Origin: Perkinsus chesapeaki ATCC PRA-425
Lineage: Eukaryota; Protista; Perkinsozoa
Direction of reading: 5' to 3'
Assembly (NCBI GenBank): GCA_013115145.1
Contig: JAAPAO010000121.1
Span: 1 to 64,000 of the forward strand
DNA length: 64,000 nucleotides
Position numbers and translations under genes: made by a program. Shown in pieces: positions 34,783 through 48,052 of the stretch. Each line of letters starts with the position of its first letter. Position 1 is the stretch's first letter. Under the pieces are notes generated by a model, which was not told where the DNA came from, ran no database searches, and worked only from the letters and a program-made list of their open reading frames with translations.

Positions 34783-36237
34783 ATGCAATCACTTCTCCCT
34801 ACCCTCCTCATCTGGTTCGCCATTGGTCAGACTACCCGTGGTCAACGGACTATCCTTTCGGTCCTTTCTAATGACTCTATGATAGATGTCCGCCATATTC
34901 CACAGCGCCTTTCTCTGGCTGGCATCCCAACATCTCCGAAGTCAGACAAGGTCGTAGCGTTTCTCTCTGCTGCCTCTATCGAGACCCTAAGGTTCGCCGG
35001 ATGCCAGATTGCTCCGACGTCGGTTTCTACTGTGAGGAGTGACGAGCTTTGCGATTACCTGCATCTAGCTAGCCATCACATGCCGCATCTCTCGGTCGCT
35101 TGCGGCGAGGATGCTGAAGTAGTTGAGTTGGTGAACCGCGAGCGGCAACATTCCAACCAACCAACCACTACAAGTACCGCGCAGCCCACCACCCCACGAT
35201 CGACGACAACAACCACATCACAGCCTCCTCGGCCAGCGCTCGATGGTGAGCTGCATGTCAATGACGCACATGTACGGTTCCAGAAACACCTTGCACGCAT
35301 GAAAATGGGAGATGTTTGGGATCTTGTGAAGCAGTATCCACGACGTAATGTGACCGTTGCGGTGATCGACGAAGGAGTTGACTTCACCGACCCTGACCTG
35401 GCTCATTTGCGAAGTACCTTCACGAGGAGCGATGGCAGAGTTATCGATGGTGGTTGGAACTTCGTTGACAACAGCTCCTCTCTCGCACTTGACGATTATC
35501 ATGGTCAGTATATTAGTCGTATAATTGGGGCTCAAGCGAATAACTCATACGGAATAGTCGGAGTTGCACCCGACCATGTCCGCCTTGTATCTTTACAGGC
35601 CTCTGGCATTAATAATACCGGCACCGTAATCGATGTCATAGAAGCTCTCGACACGGCGATGGACATTGGAGTCGATGTTGTGTCACTATCTATGGGCTTC
35701 CAATTCACGAATGACTCTGTCATCTCGACAGTATTTCTCACTTTTGCCTTGAGAAGGGCCGAGGATCGAGGAATAATTGTAGTATCTGCTGCTGGTAACG
35801 ACAATACGGATGCGGAGCGGTACTATCCTTGTGCATACAGCACCCCAAGCTCCATTTGTGTAGCCTCCCTCAGTGATGAAGCAGCTTACAATCTTTCCGA
35901 TTATTCTAATTACGGTAACCGTGTCGATCTGGCTGCGTTTGGCGATAACATCTACGCTGGTCCTAATGCCGTCGGTAAACATTACTTGGTCTCTGGTACA
36001 TCCTTCGCTGCTCCAATGGTAACCGGCGCAGCTGCCATCCTACTGTCTATGGGAGCTGAGCGATCCGTGGTTAAACGTTTACTACTTGAGGGAGCTGATC
36101 ACTTCGATTCTCCTGGTCGACCACTAAACCAAGCTGGTGGCGCTCTCAATATTTTAGAATCGGTTAAGCGAGTGATCGGCATGTATAGTCTCCGTCCTAT
36201 AAATGAGCAGGCGCTCAATCTTCGCGGCCGGGTCTAG
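34783..36237 (+). CDS. Subtilisin (S8) with signal peptide, prodomain and Thr/Pro linker, tandem copy 1
   Basis: MQSLLPTLLIWFAIG, VAVIDEG, YHGQYIS, AAGND, SGTSFAAPMVTGAAA. Confidence 0.92.
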   Translation: MQSLLPTLLIWFAIGQTTRGQRTILSVLSNDSMIDVRHIPQRLSLAGIPTSPKSDKVVAFLSAASIETLRFAGCQIAPTSVSTVRSDELCDYLHLASHHMPHLSVACGEDAEVVELVNRERQHSNQPTTTSTAQPTTPRSTTTTTSQPPRPALDGELHVNDAHVRFQKHLARMKMGDVWDLVKQYPRRNVTVAVIDEGVDFTDPDLAHLRSTFTRSDGRVIDGGWNFVDNSSSLALDDYHGQYISRIIGAQANNSYGIVGVAPDHVRLVSLQASGINNTGTVIDVIEALDTAMDIGVDVVSLSMGFQFTNDSVISTVFLTFALRRAEDRGIIVVSAAGNDNTDAERYYPCAYSTPSSICVASLSDEAAYNLSDYSNYGNRVDLAAFGDNIYAGPNAVGKHYLVSGTSFAAPMVTGAAAILLSMGAERSVVKRLLLEGADHFDSPGRPLNQAGGALNILESVKRVIGMYSLRPINEQALNLRGRV

Positions 36238-38450
36238 TACTCGTATTTACTACAACATGCCATCTTAGGATGTTAAGCAGACTGGCGTTTTGGCAGGAGA
36301 TGCCGCAAGGCCTCTAGATCCCGATGAAGGGTAACTTACCCTACTTATTTTTCTAGTATAGTATTTCCCGTCCATTTAGGTCGGATAGTACGACGAATCC
36401 TCGATATTTTTTACTGCCATTCTGTCTTCATCGAATGAGCTTTTCGTGTTGTTGGTAAATACCGGCCGTGATTGATGAACAGTTCTAATCTCGAGTTGAT
36501 ACCCTCGTTGAGTACTTTTTTAGTATTAGTAAAGTAAAAGCACTCATACGATGTACGCCTTCACGTGGCGGCTCTTTCAAGGGTTTTTGCCATTTCTAAT
36601 CCCGATTCAAGCTTCCCAGCCCACCAAACTCGCCTCTTACGGCTCCGAGACTCTGGTATTAGAACTACTTACTGTATTTTCTGTAAAGGATACCATATCT
36701 TCCAGCCTTTTCCAAAGTGCGCAAGTCACATACCACCAGCTGCAAGTATCTACTTCCCAAGTTGAGAGATATGAATTCCGTATTATGAAACAGCAGTGCC
36801 AGCATGTCCGAGCTCGTAATTTTTTCTCCACGCCGCCTCCTCGGAGATTGTACATCTCACCCGATGCCAAATGGTGGCGATCGCGGCGATCTGATCGCCC
36901 CAGCGTCGGCTATCATTTCTAACAGTGCTGTGCCTTGCGATCGCTTATTTTCTCCTTCCCATCACATACGCGCTCTCTCAGTCTCTTCAAGAGACTCTCT
37001 TGCAGTGAAGACACTGAAGTAGTTAAATGGGAAAACCGTCAATGACACTACCACCAAGCCACTTTCGACTACTACGACGGTAAGATAGCCAGAGAAGTCA
37101 CGGTCGGCATCTACAAAAGCAACTACAATCCTTTACTAAGAGGAAACGCTACTACACCACCGTGCTGTCACCACGCATAACGACTACCGATGATAAGCTG
37201 TATTTCGGTGATGCACGTGACGTGTAGCACATTCACAGCTCATCACTTACTCCATTCGACTGGCTTTGCCGATCCATGATGAATCATCCATCCAGTCAGG
37301 CGGCCGGACTCCGGCCCTAGGAGACACATCGGGAAGGCTGCGCAGGACTGAGATAACGCTGGTGTTCGAGTCTGGAACCATTGTTATGTGGGTATCGAGG
37401 ATGATAAATTCCGGAACACCCGGGAGTATTGCAGCTTCATTGTGAACTTCACAATGTGACGCCTTTCACTCACCCAGATTGGGTGCCAACTACTAGCCAT
37501 CTGCTCCGCCGCGTTAACCCGTCAGTGAGAGCCTCGGTAGACGGCTCCTCGGTCAGTAGCCAATTAGACTCTCTCTGTCTCGGACGGTCCGAGTCAGACC
37601 TCTGGTGTGTGTAGTATACGAAGGATACTGACCAGAAGTTCGAGACTTGAAACTTCGAGTTGCTGAATTACTATGGTCTGCTCCACAAAGACCCGCGTCG
37701 CTGCTCCGGCGACTGGCGGACCGGGATGCCCGCTTGTCGCGGTATTAGTTGATGAACTCTGAAGAGTAACACAACAAAGGAGCTTGAGCCAGAATACCAA
37801 TACTACGACCCTGGGACAATAGTTATAAGCGCACTGACTACACATAAGTTCTGTACCAAACAATGTGTGCGCAAACACAATTACTCCGCGCAATTAATCG
37901 ATATTGGGCTCGACAGCTATAAAGGGAATGGCGAAGGTTTAATCCATCGGACAACTCTCCAGTATATAGTAATACCCTTCGGGACATAAAAAATTGTGGG
38001 AGGATCAGCACTATAGCAAGAGGGGATCAATCTGGACCCACAACACGCTCCAGCTTCAGCATAGTGGCGCGTCTCAGTGACGCCATCGGGGATTTCGAAA
38101 CGCTGCAGCGTTATTGTAGTAAGCCTGCAGTATTGCCTTGCCTTTATCATCGGTAAGGCTCTCACCGTAAGGGCATCGAAAGGGTCCATAGCTGCACATC
38201 CGGTAGCGAGTGATGGTGTGCCCAACACACTGCGCAGAACCCCCTTAGATTCCTTGCAGAGAGAAGCGGCTGTTTGTGATGCGCTGGCTCGCTCTAGAAG
38301 ATGCCAGTAAGGTGCATCTTGTGCTTTTTAAATGTTCTTTTTTATTTTCCCCACATCATAAGCATGATATCTGTGTGTAAGGCTTCTCCCTTAACCTCTT
38401 CTTCTTGGCAGGGCTGTTTTATCCCCTTTTTCCCGCTCACGCGAGCCTTA

Positions 38451-39977
38451 ATGCAAGCCTTTCTCCCTATACTCCTCATCTGGTTCGCCGTTGGTCAGAC
38501 TACCCGTGGTCAACGGACTATCCTTTCGGTCCTTTCTAATGACTCTATGATAGATGTCCGCCATATTCCACAGCGCCTTTCTCTGGCTGGCATCCCAACA
38601 TCTCCGAAGTCAGACAAGGTCGTAGCGTTTCTCTCTGCTGCCTCTATCGAGACCCTGAAGTTCGCTCGATGCCAGATTGTTCCGACTTCGGTTTCCACTG
38701 TTGAAAGTGACGAGCTTTGCGAATACTTGCATCTGGCTGGCCATCGCATGCCGGGTCTCTCGGTCGCTTGCGGCGAGGATGCTGAAGTTGTTAAACTAGG
38801 GAACCGTGAAAGACGTGATCCCCCTACGTCTCGATCGACCACTACGACTACACCTTGGCCAATGAAGCAGCGATCGACCACTACAACGACCCCTCAACCT
38901 ACCACACTACAAGCAACCATTACAACACCAACACAATCGATCACGTCACCCGCAAGGGTTGCACCGGCAACGCAGCCTCCTCGACCACAGGGCGACGATA
39001 AGCTGGATGATCCACGTATACATTTCCAGACCCTAATGAGACGCATGAAGATGAGTGATGTCAGGCAACTCATCAAGCAGTATCCACGGCGTAATGTTAC
39101 AATTGCGGTGATAGACGACGGGGTTGACTTCAGTGACCCAGGCCTGGCTCCTCTGCGGAGCTCCTTCACCATGAGCGACGGCAGAGTGATTGATGGTGGT
39201 TGGAACTACGTAAATGACAGCTCGACTCTCTCGTTCGATAGCTATCATGGGCAGTTCATTAGCCGTATAATTGCAGCAAAAATGACCAACCCATATGGAA
39301 TGGCCGGAATTGCGTCAGATAATGTTCGCCTTTTATCCTTACAAATTTTCGAAGGCAAAAAAACAGGTTCCGTTGGCAACCTGCTGAAGGCTCTCGATAT
39401 GGCTATAGATATCGGAGTCGATATAATCTCGCTATCAATGGGTTACCGGTTCACAGCCGATTCTTTGGGGCATTCAAGGCAGCTTATGTTTACTATGAGG
39501 AGGGCCGAGGAGCGTGGCATTATTCTTGTTTCAGGAGCTGGTAATGATCATCAAAATGCAGGTCGGGTCTATCCTTGCTGGTTCGAAGGTTCGAACTCTA
39601 TCTGTGTAGCTTCACTTAGTAACGACGAAGTTTACAATCTTTCGGATTTTTCTAACTACGGTAACCGTGTCGACCTTGCTGCCTTTGGCGAGAAGATGTA
39701 CGCTGGTCCCGATGGCGATGGTAGCCTCCCACTGGTCTCTGGTACGTCGTTCGCAGCTCCAATGGTAACCGGCGCAGCTGCCATCCTACTGTCTATGGGG
39801 GCTGAACCATCCGTGGTTAAACGTTTACTACTTGAGGGAGCTGACCATTTTGATTCTCCTGGTCGACCACTAAACCCGGATGGTGGCGTTTTGAATATTT
39901 TTGAGTCAGTTAAGGATGTAATTGGCACGTATAGTCTCCGTCCTATTGATAAGCACACACGCTCTCTCCGTAGCTGA
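38451..39977 (+). CDS. Subtilisin (S8) with signal peptide, prodomain and a longer Thr/Pro linker, tandem copy 2
   Basis: MQAFLPILLIWFAVG, IAVIDDG, YHGQFIS, GAGND, SGTSFAAPMVTGAAA. Paralog of 34783..36237. Confidence 0.92.
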   Translation: MQAFLPILLIWFAVGQTTRGQRTILSVLSNDSMIDVRHIPQRLSLAGIPTSPKSDKVVAFLSAASIETLKFARCQIVPTSVSTVESDELCEYLHLAGHRMPGLSVACGEDAEVVKLGNRERRDPPTSRSTTTTTPWPMKQRSTTTTTPQPTTLQATITTPTQSITSPARVAPATQPPRPQGDDKLDDPRIHFQTLMRRMKMSDVRQLIKQYPRRNVTIAVIDDGVDFSDPGLAPLRSSFTMSDGRVIDGGWNYVNDSSTLSFDSYHGQFISRIIAAKMTNPYGMAGIASDNVRLLSLQIFEGKKTGSVGNLLKALDMAIDIGVDIISLSMGYRFTADSLGHSRQLMFTMRRAEERGIILVSGAGNDHQNAGRVYPCWFEGSNSICVASLSNDEVYNLSDFSNYGNRVDLAAFGEKMYAGPDGDGSLPLVSGTSFAAPMVTGAAAILLSMGAEPSVVKRLLLEGADHFDSPGRPLNPDGGVLNIFESVKDVIGTYSLRPIDKHTRSLRS

Positions 39978-42282
39978 GTCTATTGCACTCATTAGACAAC
40001 TGCAGTCTTGCTTGATAAAGCGTTTTTATATTTTTCCGAGCCTGAGTGGGACTCTGGCATTCTTATATCCTCGGGTGCGATGACGATCGTCCGCTTGTTA
40101 AAACTGGTAGCTTCGGTGGAGTTGCTCCGCAGTTCTCGAGTATCATGGTAATACTTCTCCATCCATTTGAGTCGGAGTATGTGGAGAATTATTTCTCTGG
40201 AATACTGTTGCCTATTATCGTTATCGCCGCTTCGTAACTTAAACTGTTGTCATTGTTTGTTAATATTATGCCCCCTACTCGAGCTGGAATTCTCAGTAAA
40301 CCTTCTAACGCGGCGCGCGGCGCTCCGCCCGCCCTGTGCTGTCTTTCTCCTTTGGAGTAGCCCGAATGGTATACGTCCTTTGTTGAGGGTCAGTTTGCGA
40401 GGGATAGAGCTTGTCTCGCTCTATTCAACATCCAAACATCGACAACTTGCCGATGTCTGTGGCCCGCCGATGAAAGACCACCGATGAAACCTGCCCAGAA
40501 AGAGAAAATCGTCATAACAGTGGGACTGACGCACTAAGCCAAGATGAAGTAGAACTACCGTTGACCACACTGACAGAGAGGCACTGTCGTGCCGCACGTC
40601 GTGTGCCTCCACTGACAGCATAGAGGCTAGCATATCAGCATGGCTGATACTCACAATGGGAGTCAGTGTGAATCTCACAGGCCTGCAGCTCAGGATGCTG
40701 CGAGTCACAGATTGTGACATCCTACACAGTTCCCGGCCCCCTAAATTTCGGGGCTTGTTATGTCACATAGCTTAGGTGGGGTAAACGAGAAGAAGTGATA
40801 GTACGAGGATTTATCACTCACGAAAGCGTTGCTGCTAGGATCATCCATGATGGACAATCGTAGAATCAAGGATGATCGTGGATGATCCATGGCCCATAAG
40901 TATACAACATCGGCCATGAGATGATAATCTCACGCCCCACGGTGGCCAATTAGCCCCTGCCATAATGTCAGAAGCCATGCTTTGGCGGACTATCTGGAGC
41001 ATCTGGCGATGTTGGTGCCTTAGAGGCTGCTGTAAGAATTGCTAGAACCAAACTGCAGTTTGGTTCTAGGGATTGTTCGAATTGCTTGCCCGCACTCTGG
41101 TGTTTCGGTTTTCCTGCTGCTTTGTTAGTCTGAACGCAACAAGATCGATTGAGCGAGACTCGCTAGTGAGAAATAGCGCGGAGATATTTCTACAATAGAC
41201 GCTACATACACTCGAGAATGCCATAACTTATGGCCCATGAGGCTACAACAAAAGGCTACCACAAAGGGTATACATTACAACAACAGAAATTTGTAAGGTG
41301 GATAAAGCCTTATTATGGCTTGGGACTCAAGAGGCCTCAAATAAGCCAACACCGAGTATCAGACTGGATACTAAGCAAGTTCACTGAAATTGAAAGACTA
41401 GACCCTCTCGAACAGAGGTACTATAATAGTACTACTATTCTTCAGGGCAGTAGCAGGCCAGGTAGAACGGGGTCGTAGTGCATTTGCACGTGTCTCTACA
41501 CGGGAAGCATACAGAAGTAGACCCCTGCATCCCTCTCAGAGCACGGTTAGCTTCCAGTTGTAGACTCTGGCCAGGGTTAGGGAAGAATAATGCTGCGCAG
41601 ATGTAGAGGAGACGCATGTGTGTGCAACAGTTCAACAGCTATAAAGGCCTTGGTATACAAGCCTTAGTGAGCGAGGTATGTGATAAATCATGTGCCTCGA
41701 GGGGTTTGGAGTTCAAGACGCGAGCAAGATGCCTAAGCTATTTCTATCATCGGTCACGACTCGTGACATTTCATGTCACAGTTTGCAACCCAGCAAGGCG
41801 GTAACATGTTCCAAGCTGCTAGGTGGTGGGCTTCTTAGGCGACATAGGGAGAGAATTCGCTGTGGTGCGGCTTATGCCACAGGCTTCCTGAGGCATGGTA
41901 ATCTTAGAATGCTCGAAATTGTTAAATCCAAGACTTGCATTGCAAGTTCAAATGAGACAACAGCAGCAACAATGACAAGGTTGCCGAGTCTGGCACGGTG
42001 ATGTGGGCTTGGTGACATAGTTCGGAAAGTACATCTGCATTCACATTTACGTCGGTTATTCAAGTACAGCTGTTAGGGCCGTAATCAGCTACCTAACGTA
42101 CCATACCTCCCTACTACAGAGTTCGTATTTATGGAGGTACGTGATAGCCAGGTGAGTTGTCCCACCAGCTGGTGGATTTTCTCGACGTGCCACTGGCGTG
42201 AGTAGGGGTGTGACACCATCGGTGTTAATGTGTTATACGCTTGCTCTACGAACGAATCATGAATCAGTGATTCTTTGATGGC

Positions 42283-42392
42283 GTACGATATGACACTAAC
42301 ATGAATTATGCTGTACGAAATAAGCTTGTACCAGTTTGACCGCGTACGAGTTTAACTCTGTACCAGCTTGCACTGTACGATGTATTACTCAC
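42283..42392. repeat. Degenerate 15-16 bp tandem repeat with a GTAC[G/C]A core
   Basis: Cores at 42283, 42313, 42328, 42344, 42360 and 42375. Confidence 0.55.
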
Positions 42393-44487
42393 CCTCGATT
42401 CGTGCCTTGTGTGTGACAAGTTGTCAGCGACAAACTGTCTGTGCTGGTATCGTGCACGATATGGTGATGGCTCACGCGATAATGTCGTTGTACGAATTGT
42501 CTGTTTCGGTTGTTGCTACTTTGTGTTTGGGTACTGCACCGGCTTTATTGCGGTATGCTTGTGCGTCACCGTGACACTGTCACGTGTCTCACTTGCTGTG
42601 TGATTTTACCCTTGTCGATTACCTCCTGACAGCAGGCTGCTGTGAAATCACTGCCATGATGTGTTCATTTTTGTCATAGTCATCTTGGTGTACATCTAAC
42701 GGGAACACACCTCCAACTCTGTACATCGATGATAAGATGAGAGACTTTGAAAAGAAACGTGAAATACTTGCGTCATCGTTTGCCCGTATCATGCTTGCGG
42801 TGAGAGTCTCACGGTGAGAGCCACGCAGAACCCAGCGGCCGGGAAAATTTAAACGCTTGATAATCAAGCCATGATTGTCTGTTCTTTGCAGGCATTAATA
42901 GTTAAGGCTTAATTTGGCGTGAGTTCCGTAATTCGAAGCTGTACTAAATGGTTTTATGCCAAGGAAATGTTGCGCTTTAAGCGAAGCGATGCAAATGACG
43001 TTCCCATTCCCGGGAACACAAGAGCGTTGAGTGCGAAATTGTTCTGGAGCTACGATCCAATGTTCTGGAAGCCTTCCAGAAAAATATCGGGAAGCCATTA
43101 TTTGAGCACGACTGAAGGTATGGTTTTGGAAAGCGATCTTCAATAGCGGTCCTGGGGGTCCTGTTCAACATAATCGGGTCGTTCAATAGACTAGTTTTGA
43201 AACTCACAACCGGTTCTGGAACTGGTTTTGGGTAAACCGTGGTCACAGAGCCAGTTCCGTCAAAGTTTGATGAACGAGCCGAATGCATCCAATCACTGGA
43301 ATCGGCACAAGCGTGCTAGATCGATTAGAATGGCGCGCGCGCCGAGAAGAGTCGCCACGGTCACCAGAAAGTACCGGACGTTGACCTGTTGGTAACGATT
43401 GCATTGAGCTGCGGTACGGCTACTCGCCTCCCGAGGTTATAGGCTAACGCCAGTTGCTTCCAGAAAGTGTACGCCACTAACTCGCACATCTTTTCAAATA
43501 TCTTCGAAGTTTCAAGGATGAAGGCTATTCTGAAGTTGATTAATATTTTTAATTTTATGGGCTCCTCGGAGATGGCAGCTGAAAATTCAAGGAGAGAAGC
43601 CAATCCAGTTGCGGCTCGCTACATTACTTCTTACCAAGAGTACTTTCCATTCTGGCGCTCTCTCGGCAACAGCCACACTGTGGAAGGCCACAACGTCCCG
43701 ACAGTCAGCCAGGTGGCAGCAAAATCTATTTTACACTGGAAATTTCCTCTCGATAGGTTCTCGAGAAGAATTCGGGGTCGCGGCTAGTGCAGCCACCGAT
43801 GAAGCTGAAAATTGATATGAGGCAGTTCAAGATTTTGGACGACTTCAGACGAGTAACACGGCCGGTGATCTCGTGGTGGCAAGGGTTGCTTTAGGCTACA
43901 CGGGAGAGGCAGGCGGAGAGGATACTGTCGGCCCATACCATTCCCAGTAGTAGTCATGCTGATTTACGTGACTCACTGTAACGTATTCAGAGAAGTTCCC
44001 GGTTACCGAAAATGACGTGTCGGGGCATGTTGACAGTAGGATTAAGCAACATCCATTGTAGTAGGCGGAGCGGGTTTAGAGGGTCACGTGTGGGACAGGT
44101 ACGCTACAACTAGTGCTCTTGTAGGGAAGGATCGACCAATGCAGCATCAGCTAGCGGAGCGGTAATACGGGGAGGGGGCTTGGAGATATGGAGGGATATT
44201 ATACAGATACTTCCCGATGAACAATGATTTTACTAATAAATTCACGGACCTCCGGCCGAGGTAGCGCTGCGATTGGGAAGCATAATTTTTAGCATTTTTC
44301 AAGGTACTGTGGGCTAAATACCAAACCACGGCCGAGTAGGATCCATAAGGACTTGGATGAGTTCTATTAACGGTTCTAGCGGCCATGTGCGCAGTAATGG
44401 TGTTATAAATATAACAGCTTTTAGTTAACTAATTCGGGAAATGATTTCCTTCAGGGGGCATTACTGTGTTAATATTTTTCCTTCCTA

Positions 44488-47081
44488 ATGAAGCCCTCAG
44501 CTGGGCTAATGTCCCCCTTCCATCTTACTGTACTGTATCTATACGTAGCATATTATCTTACTACTGTACTGGTTTCTGCTGCAGCAGCGGCGTCCTTTGC
44601 TCCAGCGCGTGGTGCTGCTGGTGTGAACGGAAGGTCCGCCAAATTAAGTACAAGATCGTTGGAAGGGCGTAGAAGGAGCTTGCATATTATTGTTGAGAGG
44701 GTCGTCGATGCCGGCGATGAAGTTTCGCTGAATTTCGATCTCACGGTCGAGGCGACTGCTAACGTTGCAAACGAGTATCTTTGCCAGCTGCCCAACTCGA
44801 CCGAGTTGTTCGCCCAAGCTGGTTATCGGTTCCTTGCTATTGATGAGACTCAGTCCATGGAGAAGGTGCAGGTTACAGCTTGTGAGCGATCGGATGCGGA
44901 TGGTTCTGGAACGGTCCCGCCGCTTCCCGAGCAACCAGAAGCGTTGGCATTCGGTAATAGGGAAAATGGGACAGGTTCTAGCATATTAGTCGCAAGTATG
45001 ATATAACAGATAGGGTAGCTAGTGTATAATATAACAGATAGGGTAGCTAGTGTATAATATAAAAGATAGGGTAGCTAGGGTATAATATAAAAGATAGGGT
45101 AGCTAGGGTATAATATAACAGATAGGGTAGCTAGGGTATAATATAAAAGATAGGGTAGCTAGGNNNNNNNNNNNNNNNNNNNNNNNNNNNNNNNNNNNNN
45201 NNNNNNNNNNNNNNNNNNNNNNNNNNNNNNNNNNNNNNNNNNNNNNNNNNNNNNNNNNNNNNGTATAATATAAAAGATAGGGTAGCTAGGGTATAATATA
45301 ACAGATAGGGTAGCTAGGGTATAATATAACAGATAGGGTAGCTAGGGTATAATATAACAGATAGGGCAGATATGTTGAATACCGCAAAACAACACCCAGT
45401 AGGGTTGCGAGGAGCGGCGTCACGAAGGCGTCACGGAGGCGTCATGTCACCGCCTGCCACTGTGGGGTATAATATAACATATAGCGTACAAAAGATATTG
45501 TAGAGAGTAAACTGTATAATGTTAAACCGGACAAGCCGAGAGTATTAAATTCACAACTGCAGATATTGTCTGCCGGCTCCTTGCCTTTAGGGTTGTTGTC
45601 AGTACTGGTTTCATTTCTGCCCCTTCCCTCACAAGTGTTATATAAAGGGCAGATGTGACTGGGGACTGTATTTAGGTTGCAGCGCTTTCCAGGCTAACTC
45701 TGCAATGGGCCCCAATGAGCTGTGTATGGCCGAGGGGAGGGAAGCTTATGACTACTTCAAGTCACCGGTGCCGGCAGGCTTCGATAGCCAATGCAACTGC
45801 GCTCAGGCGACCAGGTGATAAGAAGCGGATCTTAGGTTGAAGAGCGCTTTTGCTTAGATGCAAGGACGGCGTATCGTGGCCTGTAAATAAGGAGGGTAAC
45901 ACCTACCCCGGCACGACTGCTGAAACGGCATGGTGGGAAGCTACTAGGGATAATGAGTGGAAGTATGAGGTACGTGTGTAGTTTTGGGGCGCAGTGAGAA
46001 AAAGCTTATCACCATCATCAGACGGCGGTTTGTACTATTACTGGGTGTTCTTGTTGGCTGGCGTGCACCAGTCAGGAGTACGATCCGTGCAAGAAGGAGT
46101 TCCTTGGAGATGGCGAGCTGACGGTTAACCAGATGAACCAGTACCTTTATGAAGGCTACCCACTGCCGCCGACCCATGAAGACACTGGCTCATCGAAGGA
46201 CGTCAGTGTTAAGCCGGATTATAGGGTTCGGTACAAGGTGACAGGGTATGCTGACATGAAGGCAGCGGTAGCAGACGCCGCACGCATCCGAAAGCTGGCC
46301 CCGGATTTGGGTGCCTCGGTGCAGATGGCTTTTGATACGGCGGCCAACGTGAGCTTGACAGAGGAGAACTCCATCGAGATGCTGCAGGTGGACAGCCCGA
46401 TATCCAGCGGAGATTCACAGGCCATGCTGGGGACCTTCAGCTATGTGGGGATACTACCATCGACCTTCCAAGCCTGCGCTTCGAACGTCGCTATTAGTGC
46501 CTTTGCGAGGGAAAACCGGAACACACAAGTGGCAGTGGAGAGCGATACGAGCGAGGTTAAGGTGTATACGGAAGTGCCGGCTGATGGGGATGGGCAAGGG
46601 TCGGAAGAAGCCATGGAAGGATTGATAACGGGTAAATTACTGAGGAGCTGCGCCAGCCCGGCTAGCATTAACAAGAACGATATACCTGTCATCGAGATGG
46701 AGAAGGCGCCGGAGCCAACGAATCCACCGAGCAAAGATAGTTCGAGTTTGCCATGGTAGCTCGCAGCTGAGGGATCATCGATGAACGTCCTGCTGTGATA
46801 GGTACGCGTGGTTCTTGATAGCCATTGGCATCGTACTGGTGATAGCTGCCGCGGTGTATATTTGGTGGGTTCTTTCATCAAGACGGAAGCATAGGGAGAG
46901 CCGCATTAAACTGGCAGAGGCCGATGAAAGTGGCAGCGGAGAGGGCGGTCTCATCGCACCCGCTACGGGATATATTGATGACGATGCTGACATGGCCACG
47001 GTTACTGGCATTGGGGTAGGTGGGAGGCCCTTGCTTCAAATAGAACCTTCCCATTTCGTTAGTAGCAGCGAGAAGCAATGA
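44488..47081 (+). CDS. Cys-rich type I single-pass membrane protein, multi-exon, paralog A
   Basis: Hydrophobic N-terminus; exons LCMAEGREAYDYFKSPVPAGFDSQCNCAQ, ORF 46133..46759, and TM helix YAWFLIAIGIVLVIAAAVYIWWV followed by RRKHR and an acidic tail. Confidence 0.7.
45001..45366. repeat. 28-bp tandem minisatellite spanning an assembly gap
   Basis: Unit GTATAATATAA[C/A]AGATAGGGTAGCTAG[G/T]. Ns at 45164-45262. A partial solo unit lies near 45466. Confidence 0.95.
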
Positions 47082-48052
47082 CGGAGATGATCTCTTTGGC
47101 CTTTTCTGTCTCTTTTTTATGATTTTCTTCCGCGCCACGTCACGGCTCCGATATGCGCCTATTCCACGCTACGCCGCCGGCTGCATCTTCCCTTTCAGAG
47201 TATTTCCACCCATGCTCGCCTGCCGTCATCAAACACTCAACGAACTTCCCCGGCAGTGGAAGTCCCGACGGCGGTGGTTTCCGTTAATGCTGACGGTTCA
47301 CTGTAAGAAATGGAGACGTTGACGTGTCACCGCTGCCCTTAGGACGCCTCGACTGCCGCTAGCCCCGAAGAACCCCCAAATGAAGTCCCCTAGCTCTCTG
47401 ATAATGATGACGCCGGACTCGCACTGCGGTCAATGGGATCGGCTACGGTCGCATGAGGCGCCTTACTAATTACTACCGCCTTAGCCTTGTTATTATATAA
47501 TAGATGTCTAGAGCTTTAGAAGCTCTAGGTTATTTAGATGCTGCCAAGTGTGATTATCCTCCTCATGCTTCGCCCTCCGCGCGGCGTCTCATCTGTCTAG
47601 TATCTCTGTTACTTACTGCTGCTGCTGCTGCTGTTGCTGCAAATCTTCCATGGTTTGTCCAGCGGTAGCCAGTATCCCTAACTCTCCCTCCTCCGTTCAC
47701 TAAAGTGTGTATTAACCGCAACTCTCCTGTGGATGTAAATTTTTGACTGTCGTTGTCAAGCTATTTCCTCTTATCAGTTGATGATGATCTTCATGTATCT
47801 GATTCTTCGTGTCACATAATCTCCAACTCTGACCCTCTCCCCAAGGCCGGGCGAAGAGGCTCCTCAGTAAGGCTTAGACGACGTTAGGCTTCTTTGAGTG
47901 CGGCTCTTGTCTTCAATACTTCTGCTGTGCTGCTGCTCAGTCAACGGATCTATTGTTCACGCCCCTTATCTGTTCCGTTTCACAACCCTAGCCGCCGTGA
48001 GAGGGCTTTGACGAACACTTAGGCGGGTGGCAGCAGTGCTCTGTCTCTTTCA

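Noticed and set aside
37783-37793. TCTGGCTCAAG on the minus strand, resembling the 3' end of the Perkinsus spliced leader as I recall it
   Set aside because: Only 11 nt match, the upstream ACCGTAGCCA part is missing, and no SL-RNA-like continuation follows. Compatible with chance.
37000-38230. Possible minus-strand multi-exon gene between the plus-strand subtilisins
   Set aside because: Some exon-like pieces with GT donors are present, but there is no coherent start-to-stop model and no homology.
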